Shown here: positions 45,464 through 54,867 of the stretch, piece after piece | Position numbering within the stretch: position 1 is the first letter of the stretch | Layout: each line of letters starts with the position of its first letter | Assembly (NCBI GenBank): GCA_013204345.1 | Contig: JABMOB010000029.1 | Location: 1 to 61,434 of the forward strand | Reading direction: 5' to 3' | DNA: 61,434 bases | Origin: Parcubacteria group bacterium | Lineage (GTDB): Bacteria > Patescibacteriota > Minisyncoccia > Phycocordibacterales > JABMOB01 | The notes under the pieces: model-generated | Told to the model about the DNA's origin: nothing | Seen by the model: only the letters and a program-made list of their open reading frames with translations | Database searches by the model: none | Translations under genes and position numbers: made by a program

Positions 45464-48154
45464 TTAATTTTGTACCTTAGAGAAAGAAGGATTAAAGGCA
45501 AATGACTTCTTTTTAAACCATTCGATCAAAACAATCTCAACTATACTTATCGCCACAATAGTAACCCAATCCATCAAAAGAAGAGGTTGGGTAGAAAGCA
45601 AAATCTGAAGCGGACGTAAATAAGGACTAGCGATAATCAAAATAAATCCTATTAAAACTGCACCTACGAGAATTTTATTAGAAAAAATATCCTTCCTAAA
45701 CATAGGGCGTTTGAAGGAACGGACGCTAAAAGCAAATACCAATGAATCAAAACACATCAAGGTAAACACAATCGTTCTGGTTTTATCCAAATCTCCAGTA
45801 ATTTTCCAAAAAACAAAAAACAACAAAAATGCCGCTAGACCTGAAATAAAGAAAATTGAGGCCAACCATTTCTTCATAGGTTTATTAAGAATCGGCTCAT
45901 CTGGACTACGTGGTTTTTCATCCATAACACCAACGGTCTCTTGTTCGGTTGTAAGGGCGATATCAGGAAGACCATCTTCGACAAGATTAATCCAGAGAAT
46001 CTGAGCGGTCAACAAAGGTAACGGCAATCCAAATATCATAGCCGCTAAGAAAATGAAGAGTTCGGAAAAATCATCTGCGATAAGATAAACAAACACCTTT
46101 CGAATATTTTGGAATATAATGCGTCCCTGCTCGACAGCTTTTATCACCGTGCTAAAACTATCTTCAAGAAGTACAATATCCGCAACTTCTTTTGCCACAT
46201 CTGTTCCAGAACCCACAACCACACCAACATCAGCAACCTTTAGAGCTGGCGCATCATTAACACCGTCCCCAAGCATGGCCACCACCTCTCCTTGATTTTG
46301 TAATGCGTTTACAATACGAAGTTTATGACTAGGAGAAACACGAGCATAAATAGAAATGGTTCCAACTTTTTCTTCTAATTGTTTATCTGAAAGAGCTTCA
46401 AGATCTTTCCCCTCCAAAATCTTATCCGAAGTAGCAGGAATACCAACCTCTAAAGCGATCGACCGAGCTGTCAATTTATGATCACCTGTAATAAGAATCG
46501 TACGAATACCTGCTCTTTTAGTAAGAGCGATCGAACTCTTGGCGTCTACACGAAGTGGGTCTTTCAAAGCAATATAACCAACGAGAGTAAGATTTTGTAC
46601 AAGAGAATCTATAGAATCTTTTATCTCCTCATCCTTAGAAAATTCTCTAAAAGAACAGCCGACTACACGCAAACCATTTTGAGTAAGTGAATCTAATTTT
46701 TGTAAAAGTTTTGTATGAACATCCGAATCAAGTTTATCTTTTTTACCAGAAACATAAAAATTTATTGATTTTTCAGCCAAAACCTCTGGGGCACCGAGAA
46801 CATACAAAATTTTTCCACCATCAGGTTTTGCATGAAGAGATGCCGAATATTTTAAATCCGAATTAAAACTCAAATTATCTATGACTGGATATTCTTCTTC
46901 CAATTTTTTCTTGGAAAGACCGGCATGGGCTCCGGCAACCAGTAATGCACGTCCCGTAGGGTTACCCCTAACAACCCAATCATGAAATTCATCATTTGGG
47001 TTTTCAATAAAAGCATCGTTTACAAGAACACCGGCCTTGAGGGCAATAATATGGGCCTCCAAACCATTTGTGGATTTTATATCAACTATCGGATCTTTAT
47101 TATTACTCAACAATTCCTGCGTACCTGTAAGAATATGACTAACTTGCATTTTTCCCTCCGTGAGTGTTCCTGTTTTGTCCGTACAAATAACAGTAACACT
47201 ACCTAGGGTTTCATTTGCTATTAATTTTCTTACGAGACCTTTGTGTTTCAATATTCGACGCATACCAAGAGCAAGGATGACTGTAACCGCCGGCAGAAGA
47301 CCCGCGGGAGTTACTGATACAGCCAAAGCAAGTGATACAACAAATATATCTGCGAACGACTGGCCATTTATATACCCCCCAATAATAATAATCCCCACCA
47401 AACCTAAAATAAAAATACCAACTGTTCTAGAAAGCGCTGACATTTTTTCCTGAAGAGGAGTCTTTCTTTCCTTAGTTTCTCTAAGTAAAGAAACAATATC
47501 TCCAACAGCCGTTCTTGACCCCGTCTCCACAACAATAACCTTAGCCGTACCTTCTTCAACAATACTTCCCATGAAAACCATATTAAATCTATCAGACAAT
47601 TGGGTATTTTCAGGTACTTCACCAGTAAGTTTGGCTATCGCCACCCACTCACCGGTCAAATTTGATTCATCTACTTTTAATCCTTTGGCTTCTATAAGTC
47701 TGGCGTCAGCAGGAACTTTATTTCCAGCATGAAGAAAAACAATATCCCCAGGAACAAGTTCCGTACTATCAATTTCCTTTAAATTATCCCCCCGCAGCAC
47801 TTGGGCCGGAATCTTTACCATACTTCGAAGAGTTTGGAGTGAATCATTGGCCTTATTTTCCTGATAAAAACCAACTATTGTGTTTATAAAAAGTACTACA
47901 ATAATAAATATCGCGTCCGAGTAGTGGCCTAGATATAAAGAAACCACACCAGCAACAAAAAAAATTAAAACTAGTGGATTATTAAACTGAGAGAGAAAAA
48001 GTAGAAATTTTGAATACGACCGTTCTTTCGGTAAAATATTTTGCCCGTATTGTTTTAATTTATTTTTAACCTCTGTGTCTGATAAACCCTTTTCTCTGGT
48101 TTCCAATTCATTAAATATCTTCTCCAACGTAAATGCGTGCCATGTATGATTCAT
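45464..48154 (-). CDS. P-type cation-transporting ATPase (P2, Ca/Mg-type)
   Basis: DKTGTLT, TGES-like TGEW, MLGDGVNDAPAL and 10-TM topology. ATG 48154 is preferred over GTG 48193. Confidence 0.9.
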   Translation of the reverse strand: MNHTWHAFTLEKIFNELETREKGLSDTEVKNKLKQYGQNILPKERSYSKFLLFLSQFNNPLVLIFFVAGVVSLYLGHYSDAIFIIVVLFINTIVGFYQENKANDSLQTLRSMVKIPAQVLRGDNLKEIDSTELVPGDIVFLHAGNKVPADARLIEAKGLKVDESNLTGEWVAIAKLTGEVPENTQLSDRFNMVFMGSIVEEGTAKVIVVETGSRTAVGDIVSLLRETKERKTPLQEKMSALSRTVGIFILGLVGIIIIGGYINGQSFADIFVVSLALAVSVTPAGLLPAVTVILALGMRRILKHKGLVRKLIANETLGSVTVICTDKTGTLTEGKMQVSHILTGTQELLSNNKDPIVDIKSTNGLEAHIIALKAGVLVNDAFIENPNDEFHDWVVRGNPTGRALLVAGAHAGLSKKKLEEEYPVIDNLSFNSDLKYSASLHAKPDGGKILYVLGAPEVLAEKSINFYVSGKKDKLDSDVHTKLLQKLDSLTQNGLRVVGCSFREFSKDEEIKDSIDSLVQNLTLVGYIALKDPLRVDAKSSIALTKRAGIRTILITGDHKLTARSIALEVGIPATSDKILEGKDLEALSDKQLEEKVGTISIYARVSPSHKLRIVNALQNQGEVVAMLGDGVNDAPALKVADVGVVVGSGTDVAKEVADIVLLEDSFSTVIKAVEQGRIIFQNIRKVFVYLIADDFSELFIFLAAMIFGLPLPLLTAQILWINLVEDGLPDIALTTEQETVGVMDEKPRSPDEPILNKPMKKWLASIFFISGLAAFLLFFVFWKITGDLDKTRTIVFTLMCFDSLVFAFSVRSFKRPMFRKDIFSNKILVGAVLIGFILIIASPYLRPLQILLSTQPLLLMDWVTIVAISIVEIVLIEWFKKKSFAFNPSFSKVQN

Positions 48155-48216
48155 AGCATGTATTATAGCCGAATAACGCTTCACAACAAACACTCGTAAA
48201 GCTAACTAAGATAAAA

Positions 48217-48762
48217 CTAGTTTCTTAAAATCTTACTTAGTTTCCATCGAGATCTAATAACAGGCAAAACATATCTATCAAGCCCGTAATATCCTGCTAT
48301 CCGCCATGCAAGCAAGAGACCTAAAGCCAAAATGAGTAAAATAGGGTTAGTACTGACCGTTCCAGCCAAAAGATAATTTAGATTCATAAAGAGACCGAAA
48401 AAGGCCGCTACGCTCGTAAGTATTCCAAGTATAAGAGCGATACCCACAATAAGTTCCCCGTATGCCACAAAAACAGACCAACCATTCGCATGAGGTAGAA
48501 CTACGTTTTGTAAAAAATAAGCATACCAACCTTGGACATCAGGGTGCGCCCCGCCGGTTTTTGCAAGCGCTCCTTGAATAAAACCTGTTAGTGCCCCACC
48601 AGCATTCTCACCTGTCCAAACGGGATTGATCACTTTTACCCATCCAGCATTGAGCCATTCCCATCCAACGTACAATCTTACGATAAACCAAAACCACGAA
48701 AAATTTGTGTTTGAAAAAAGAAACTTATATATCGCTGATTGCTCCGTGTTAATTTGAGTCAT
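48217..48762 (-). CDS. DoxX-family membrane protein
   Basis: 181 aa with four TM segments. RLYVGWEWLNAGWVK start is typical of DoxX/DoxD-like proteins. Confidence 0.75.
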   Translation of the reverse strand: MTQINTEQSAIYKFLFSNTNFSWFWFIVRLYVGWEWLNAGWVKVINPVWTGENAGGALTGFIQGALAKTGGAHPDVQGWYAYFLQNVVLPHANGWSVFVAYGELIVGIALILGILTSVAAFFGLFMNLNYLLAGTVSTNPILLILALGLLLAWRIAGYYGLDRYVLPVIRSRWKLSKILRN

Positions 48763-48869
48763 AATTATTATAAATTAGATATTAATGTTTATATTATCTA
48801 ATATTTTAGACAAATTGAACAGATGCAAATTAAAATCTGCTTTTATCAACATCTCTAAAGAAACTAGGG

Positions 48870-49820
48870 CTACACACTACACCCTCCACCGCCTTGTCGC
48901 TCCACTGGTTCCGTCATTTGGGCGACAATTCTAGCGTATCCTTGCGCACTTGAATAATTCGCCCCAAGAATTTCTTGTGGATTTACATCTTTCCATTCAA
49001 TACCTCTTTTTGCTTGATATTTTGCAATCGTCATATAGGTATCCGGGAACCAATAAGAATTTACAAACAAAGCAGTTTTCCACATTTCCTGTTCATTTAC
49101 ACCCTGTGAAGCCATAAGTTCCAACAAACCAAGCATAGCCATACCATGGTTACAATCTGGAAAATGTGTAGAGTTTCCACAACAAGGACGATAGATTCCC
49201 TTAGACACTTTATCTACCAAAGCTTGCTGTTCGGGAGTTAGGTCAAAAAACTTATGACGACTATAATGGTTCATTGCATTTACTCGTCCCAGACTCGGTG
49301 AAAAATTTTGAGCAATCGTCCAACCACCGGTAGAAGCAAAATTTTGCGCCCCGCCGTATTTTGGATCGACCATCTCTCCGGAATCTAAGATCGGATTACT
49401 ACTCGCCAGTCCAAGCGCCCAAAACAGATTGAGTAAAAATGGAGCATTACCTTGATTAATAACAAGTCTCTTGGTTGTTTTGCCCAATAATAATTCTGTA
49501 TATTCATCTGTAAATACCCCCGGGGGATATATAGACCGAAGCTTTTCAGCATCAATTACTCCAGTCTGAACAAGTTTAGAGCCTAAATCACCCCAAATTA
49601 CAGGGAGCTCCACTCCCTGAGAAGAAACAACTTCATCTTTGAAAGAATATGCCGGTAGAGAAGATTTTTCGCCGACAAGAGATGAGTTTATATTACTTTT
49701 ATCACCTCTATAATAGCTAATATAAATCACAAACAAAAAACTGAGAATGATTATAAAAACAGACAGTTTTTTAAAATCATTTGGTGGTATTTCGTTATTT
49801 TCATTTTCGTATTTGTCCAT
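48870..49820 (-). CDS. Membrane-anchored extracytoplasmic protein with a CCG...DCNHG cysteine motif and a C-terminal GGGGC
   Basis: 316 aa with an N-terminal TM anchor. Motif YRPCCGNSTHFPDCNHGMA. No family was confidently recognised. Confidence 0.5.
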   Translation of the reverse strand: MDKYENENNEIPPNDFKKLSVFIIILSFLFVIYISYYRGDKSNINSSLVGEKSSLPAYSFKDEVVSSQGVELPVIWGDLGSKLVQTGVIDAEKLRSIYPPGVFTDEYTELLLGKTTKRLVINQGNAPFLLNLFWALGLASSNPILDSGEMVDPKYGGAQNFASTGGWTIAQNFSPSLGRVNAMNHYSRHKFFDLTPEQQALVDKVSKGIYRPCCGNSTHFPDCNHGMAMLGLLELMASQGVNEQEMWKTALFVNSYWFPDTYMTIAKYQAKRGIEWKDVNPQEILGANYSSAQGYARIVAQMTEPVERQGGGGCSV

Positions 49821-49824
49821 AATT

Positions 49825-50307
49825 TTATTCTTTGCAACAATCGGCTAATTTAGAAACTAAATCCTCCAGACGATCCTCTGGACCGACATCTTTTACCACA
49901 TTTTTGACATCAACTAGTTTCAACTTGAGCGCCCAAAAAATTGAATATGTTTGATATGCTTTTTTGAACATTCGCAGAGCGTCATCCTTTCTGTCCTCAG
50001 ATTGAAGTTTATTGCCCACTTCTACAAGACGCATAGTGGCAGACAATAAATGCTTAGAGGCACACCAACTCTCACCTTCATGTGTTGGCATAAGTTCGAT
50101 AAGAAGTTTTTTGCGTATATTTCTAATCTCCACGGAAGTATCTAGATAATCATTTTTACCCGTTTTCATTGCTGTAAAAAAGAAATGCTCTTCAAGCGAA
50201 ATTAGATTCATAACCGCCAAACTTAAATCTTCGACGACAGACAAATCCACCCCACCTTCTTTCCGAGCGGTTTCAATTTTTGCCATAAATTCTTCGAATG
50301 TTTTCAT
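49825..50307 (-). CDS. Hypothetical helical protein ending in CCKE
   Basis: 160 aa ORF, tightly packed between neighbours (gaps of 5 and 17 nt). No family was recognised. Confidence 0.5.
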   Translation of the reverse strand: MKTFEEFMAKIETARKEGGVDLSVVEDLSLAVMNLISLEEHFFFTAMKTGKNDYLDTSVEIRNIRKKLLIELMPTHEGESWCASKHLLSATMRLVEVGNKLQSEDRKDDALRMFKKAYQTYSIFWALKLKLVDVKNVVKDVGPEDRLEDLVSKLADCCKE

Positions 50308-50323
50308 TATATTTTTTATGAAG

Positions 50324-51103
50324 TTAGATGAATAAAACCAAAATACCGAGAATAATCATTACGATACCAGCATACAAGTGAACGTTTTTCATACTTGTAT
50401 TCTTCCATTCTTTAACTCTATCGATTAATACGGGGTTAGCCGCGATCCATAAAGTCACCACAAGCGGTAGAACAAGAATCACATTGTAAAACAAGATGTA
50501 GCCGAAACCTTTAAAGTAAGTCGCATGATCATGAAGAAGGCCGATAACCATGAGATATGGACCACCCATACATGGGAATTGGCAAAGACCGACGAGAAGC
50601 CCGAGTGCAAAAGCAGCAGGAACTGAAACTGTGTTTATGAGCTTGCCAATTGATCGATGGGCAAAATTTGGAATTTTGAGCTTGAGCGGAAACTTTGGGA
50701 AAAATACACCAATAAGGTTGAGTAATCCAAAAATTATAAGTAACGCTGCCCCAAATTTTCCCATAAAATGCGGGACGTTAAATATATGAATTACTTTTAG
50801 AAGGCCTATGCCAATAGTAAAGTAGGCAGCAAAGATACCTGCAATATAGAACCCACCGATCTGCAAGATCTTCTTTCTAGTCATTTGTAATCCAAACAGA
50901 AATGCAATCGTAATAAGTAGAATTGAAAACGAGCATGGATGAACGCTGTCCAAAATAGCTGAGAAAACAACTAACGGGAAAAGCCATACGCCCCCGCCAC
51001 TTATATCCCAAAGAAAGGTCGAGAAACCAGAACTATATTTTAGAGTCACAACAACAATTAGAGCGACAATTACCACCCCAATGCTTATGATTAATTTTTT
51101 CAT
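50324..51103 (-). CDS. CcdA/DsbD-like transmembrane thiol-disulfide electron transfer protein
   Basis: 259 aa with about 6-8 TM segments. Cys residues lie within TM segments (SVHPCSFS, CQFPCMGGP). Confidence 0.62.
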   Translation of the reverse strand: MKKLIISIGVVIVALIVVVTLKYSSGFSTFLWDISGGGVWLFPLVVFSAILDSVHPCSFSILLITIAFLFGLQMTRKKILQIGGFYIAGIFAAYFTIGIGLLKVIHIFNVPHFMGKFGAALLIIFGLLNLIGVFFPKFPLKLKIPNFAHRSIGKLINTVSVPAAFALGLLVGLCQFPCMGGPYLMVIGLLHDHATYFKGFGYILFYNVILVLPLVVTLWIAANPVLIDRVKEWKNTSMKNVHLYAGIVMIILGILVLFI

Positions 51104-51107
51104 ATAG

Positions 51108-51617
51108 TTATGGAGTTACAACAGCTTTTATCTCAAATTTAAGCATGCCCCCTTGTGCATCAGTGACCATAACAAAACGATTAATCGAACCGACCCCAGC
51201 TGGACCGTGAGCATTCGGATCATAAACAACTCGCACTATTCCACTCTCTCCAGCTTTTATTATTTCGTTAGTTGTTGTTCTACCCATTCCTGACATTCCG
51301 AACGGACCTTTGGTTGAACCATCAGACAAAACAAGTAGAGCGTCAGTACACATACATGATGTTTCAATACCGCGGATAGCGATGTCTGTGCTTGTAGAAT
51401 TAGTAATAGTAAAATCTTTCGTTACGTCGCCATTTTTCATAGAAATAGCACCGAAATCATAGAAAGTAACAGGAGCAGAAAGAACACTTTCTTTATTTGT
51501 CGAAAATACACCCTGAACAGAAGCACTTGTACTACCACCTTTTTCATACCCCCAAAACATAAGCCCGATAATAACGAGACAAACAAGAACGATAAGAATA
51601 ATTATTTTTGGTTTCAT
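51108..51617 (-). CDS. DUF1573 domain protein
   Basis: YDFGAISMKNGDVTKDFTITNSTSTDIAIRGIETSCMCT matches the DUF1573 beta-sandwich signature. N-terminal anchor. Confidence 0.62.
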   Translation of the reverse strand: MKPKIIILIVLVCLVIIGLMFWGYEKGGSTSASVQGVFSTNKESVLSAPVTFYDFGAISMKNGDVTKDFTITNSTSTDIAIRGIETSCMCTDALLVLSDGSTKGPFGMSGMGRTTTNEIIKAGESGIVRVVYDPNAHGPAGVGSINRFVMVTDAQGGMLKFEIKAVVTP

Positions 51618-51686
51618 TATTTATTAGATTAAAAGCGATTAAAAAACAGACGTGAGAAAAAAGCTTCCCACACCTCAGAGCGTAAG

Positions 51687-52076
51687 TTAGTTTGCTGGAC
51701 TATTTTCAAATAGAGATAACCATGCGATTATTTGTGGGCTATAAAAAGTGTCTTTGTTCGTAAGTAAATATAATTTATCAAGTCTATTTGTTTCTATTCG
51801 GCGAGTAAGACTAAAAATATAACCTACGAAAAGAAATAGTAAAAATAAAATCAATAATGAAACAGTAGAAACTGTAACGACTGAAAAGAAACTATTGTAG
51901 GACGCGATATGATGAATCACCATACCTAAAGAGAGGGGTGGACAGTTGGAAGAATCACCCAGAGATAAAAAACAATTGCCGTCGTGATTGATATAAGCGA
52001 AACCAAAAAGGCTTACAGTAAGAATAACTGTAACCAATACCAGGGTGAAAATTTTTGTTTGATTACCTAAAATCAT
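51687..52076 (-). CDS. Hypothetical membrane protein, start overlapping the ATPase stop by 4 nt
   Basis: 129 aa with two or three TM segments. Coupled to the upstream copper ATPase gene. Confidence 0.5.
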   Translation of the reverse strand: MILGNQTKIFTLVLVTVILTVSLFGFAYINHDGNCFLSLGDSSNCPPLSLGMVIHHIASYNSFFSVVTVSTVSLLILFLLFLFVGYIFSLTRRIETNRLDKLYLLTNKDTFYSPQIIAWLSLFENSPAN

Positions 52077-54403
52077 ATTTTCTTTCTCCTCATTAATACT
52101 GCGTTGAAAGAAACGATAACTGTACTTGCTGACATAAAGATCGCAGCGACTGCCGGTTGTAAGAATATACCATATACCGCTAGAACTCCAGCCGCAAGAG
52201 GGATGGCTACGATATTATAACCAGCAGCCCACCAAAGATTTTGGACCATTTTTGAGTAAGTTAGTTTTGACAGATGAATTATTTTAGCAATATCTCGTGG
52301 ATCACTCTTCACTAAAACAATGCCTGCAGATTCTATAGCTACATTGGTCCCCGCCCCGATAGCGATACCTAGATCAGCTTGAGTAAGCGCAGGAGCATCG
52401 TTTATCCCATCGCCAACCATAGCAACTTTTAGATTTTGACTTTGTAACTCAATGACTTTTTTAACCTTATCTTCAGGTAAAACTCTGGCAAAATATTGAT
52501 CTAAGCCCAACTCCTCCGCAACTTGTTTAGCAGTTTTTTCACTATCACCGGTAATCATAGCAACACGAATACCACTTTTCTTGAGCCGGTCGATGGCTTC
52601 TTTTGATTCTGGTCTCACGGCATCAGCAACAACGATTTTTCCGATAATTTGTCCATCCCTCTCAACAACAATATCATCGCCACCTTTTGTACCGACAAAT
52701 ATATGTTTACCGAGGACATTCCCTTCTGCTCCCTTTCCAGCAACACGCTTGAAACCACTTACTTCATTAATAGACAAAGATTTGTTTTTTGCTTCTTCGA
52801 CAATAGCCTTGGCAATTGGATGCTCTGAATTTGTGTTTACCGAGGCCGCAAAAGAAAGTGCTTCATCCGAACTAGATGAGATTACTTTAAATTTTGCTTC
52901 TGTTAACGTACCTGTTTTATCAAACAAAACAACATCTATATCTTTGGCGGATTCCAAAGCCAATTTTTGTCTAACAAGTAAACCGTTCTTAGCTCCCATG
53001 GTTGTAGAAATTGAAGAGACCAAAGGAATAGCCAAACCCAAAGCGTGAGGACAGGCGATGACCAAAACTGCGACCAATCGTTCAATTGAAGTAGATACTC
53101 CGGCCCCAAGAGAAAGCCAAGTAACAACAGTAATTCCTCCTGATCCTACTGCGATAAAAGTCAACCATAATGCCGCTCTATCGGAAAGGACTTGCATGCG
53201 CGATTTTGAAGCTTGTGCATCGGCAACCAGTCTCATAATACCCGAGAGAAAAGTTTTTTCGCCAACTTTAGTGATTTTAATTTTTAGACTGCCGTCACCG
53301 TTTGTTGACCCGGCAATGACTTCATCATCAACTGTTTTTTCTACAGGTTTAGATTCTCCAGTAATTATTGATTCATCTAGTTCTGATTTTCCATCGACAA
53401 TTTTACCGTCAGCAGGCACCTTACCCCCAGGACGAACTAAAACAATATCGCCCTCCTTCAACTCACTAACAGAAACGGTTTCTGTTTCTTGACTATCGCC
53501 CTTAATACGTTCGGCAACATCCGGTAAAAGTTTTGCCAACTCCTTCAAAGCTCCTTGCGCCCCTTGAACAGCGCGCATTTCTATCCAGTGCCCCAGAAGC
53601 ATTACAGCAATCAAAGACGATAGCTCCCACCATAAAGTATTAGTCCCCCCGATTATTGTTTCGTAAACACTATAAGTGTAAGCCGTGGTGATAGCCAGAG
53701 CGATAAGAGTCATCATCCCCGGCAAACGAGCTTTTATTTCTCGATAAGCACTTGAAAGAAAAATGAAACCACAATAAAAGAAAATGATACTTCCTAAAAC
53801 AAATGAAATATACGGCGTGAAAGCAAACTCTGGTGCTTTCCAACTAAAAAATATTCTAGGTAAGTCTGAATAAATAAGTATAGGAATAGTCAAAACGAGA
53901 GTAATCCAGAATTTCCTGATAAAACTATTGGTGCGATGTCCAGCGTGTTTGTTGTGTCCAGCGTGATCATGCTCATGATGAGAATCTCCAGGATCAGTGG
54001 GAACCAGACTCATCCCACACTCCGGACACATGCCTGGTTTTTCTTGTCTAATCTCTGGATGCATTGGGCAAGTGTACATTTGATGGCCTTGCTCATGATT
54101 TATATTTTCCACTTTTGACTTTCCACTTTTGACTTTTATTAGTGACATCCCACATTCGGGACACATACCCGGCTTGTCATTTTTAATTTCCGGATGCATC
54201 GGACAGGTATATACCATTTGTATATGAGAATCTGGCTGTTCCATATTTTCAATAGCATATTTTGTTATATCCAAATTGCAACTATGGTGTTCTCTGCACC
54301 AAAGTTCACATTTTTCGGCTTGTTCTTTGAGGTTGTAATGTAGACCACACTCAGAACATTTATAGTAGCCTCCGTTTGATTTTATATGATCGCAACAATT
54401 CAT
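52073..54403 (-). CDS. Copper-translocating P1B-type ATPase (CPH motif, CopB-like) with an extended metal-binding N-terminus
   Basis: DKTGTLT, a CPH transmembrane motif (IACPHALGLA), GDGINDAPAL, two YTCPMHPEI...PGMCPECGM modules and a His-rich stretch. Confidence 0.9.
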   Translation of the reverse strand: MNCCDHIKSNGGYYKCSECGLHYNLKEQAEKCELWCREHHSCNLDITKYAIENMEQPDSHIQMVYTCPMHPEIKNDKPGMCPECGMSLIKVKSGKSKVENINHEQGHQMYTCPMHPEIRQEKPGMCPECGMSLVPTDPGDSHHEHDHAGHNKHAGHRTNSFIRKFWITLVLTIPILIYSDLPRIFFSWKAPEFAFTPYISFVLGSIIFFYCGFIFLSSAYREIKARLPGMMTLIALAITTAYTYSVYETIIGGTNTLWWELSSLIAVMLLGHWIEMRAVQGAQGALKELAKLLPDVAERIKGDSQETETVSVSELKEGDIVLVRPGGKVPADGKIVDGKSELDESIITGESKPVEKTVDDEVIAGSTNGDGSLKIKITKVGEKTFLSGIMRLVADAQASKSRMQVLSDRAALWLTFIAVGSGGITVVTWLSLGAGVSTSIERLVAVLVIACPHALGLAIPLVSSISTTMGAKNGLLVRQKLALESAKDIDVVLFDKTGTLTEAKFKVISSSSDEALSFAASVNTNSEHPIAKAIVEEAKNKSLSINEVSGFKRVAGKGAEGNVLGKHIFVGTKGGDDIVVERDGQIIGKIVVADAVRPESKEAIDRLKKSGIRVAMITGDSEKTAKQVAEELGLDQYFARVLPEDKVKKVIELQSQNLKVAMVGDGINDAPALTQADLGIAIGAGTNVAIESAGIVLVKSDPRDIAKIIHLSKLTYSKMVQNLWWAAGYNIVAIPLAAGVLAVYGIFLQPAVAAIFMSASTVIVSFNAVLMRRKKI

Positions 54404-54451
54404 TTTATTATTTTTATTAGTATATTAAATTACAAAAAAAGATTTACATCA

Positions 54452-54730
54452 TTAACGAATACCGTTTTTACCAGAAACTTTATAAACCGACAAAATTTCT
54501 TTTATCGCTTTAGACCTACCTCCCCCTTTCATCTGCTTCACCACACAAGTTTGCAAATGATGTTCCAAAATTACACCCTCAAGACTCAGAAGTGCCTCCC
54601 TCACCGCTTGAGACTGGTTGATAACATCAATACAATACTTTTCATTTTCAATCATTTTCTCCAAACCATTAATTTGCCCTGCTATTATATGAAGTCTGTG
54701 TGTAGCTTTATTTTTGTTATCATTTTTCAT
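54452..54730 (-). CDS. csoR: Copper-sensing transcriptional repressor CsoR
   Basis: RLHIIAGQINGLEKMIENEKYCIDVINQSQAV..LEHHLQTCV carries the Cys/His/Cys signature. Start taken at MKNDNK. Confidence 0.85.
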   Translation of the reverse strand: MKNDNKNKATHRLHIIAGQINGLEKMIENEKYCIDVINQSQAVREALLSLEGVILEHHLQTCVVKQMKGGGRSKAIKEILSVYKVSGKNGIR

Positions 54731-54739
54731 AACTCCATG

Positions 54740-54756
54740 ATACCCCCCGGGGGTAT
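54740..54756. promoter_or_regulatory. Putative CsoR operator (ATACCCCCCGGGGGTAT)
   Basis: 17-bp GC-centred palindrome 10 nt upstream of csoR. It lies between a TTGACT (-35) and a TATCAT (-10) on the minus strand and resembles known TACCC...GGGTA CsoR boxes. Confidence 0.65.
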
Positions 54757-54867
54757 ATAAGTCAAATGGCAACTATTGCCTTGACAAACTTAGACCAAAT
54801 GGGTATTTTAGAAAAAGAAGTTCCGAAAAAACCAATAAACAGCCACAAAAGTGGCAGGAAGGGTATC

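Noticed and set aside
52581-53492. Two plus-strand ORFs (155 and 144 aa) inside the copper ATPase gene
   Set aside because: They are antisense to a gene with all the P-type ATPase motifs. Their Ser/Thr/Pro-rich shadow translation has no motifs.
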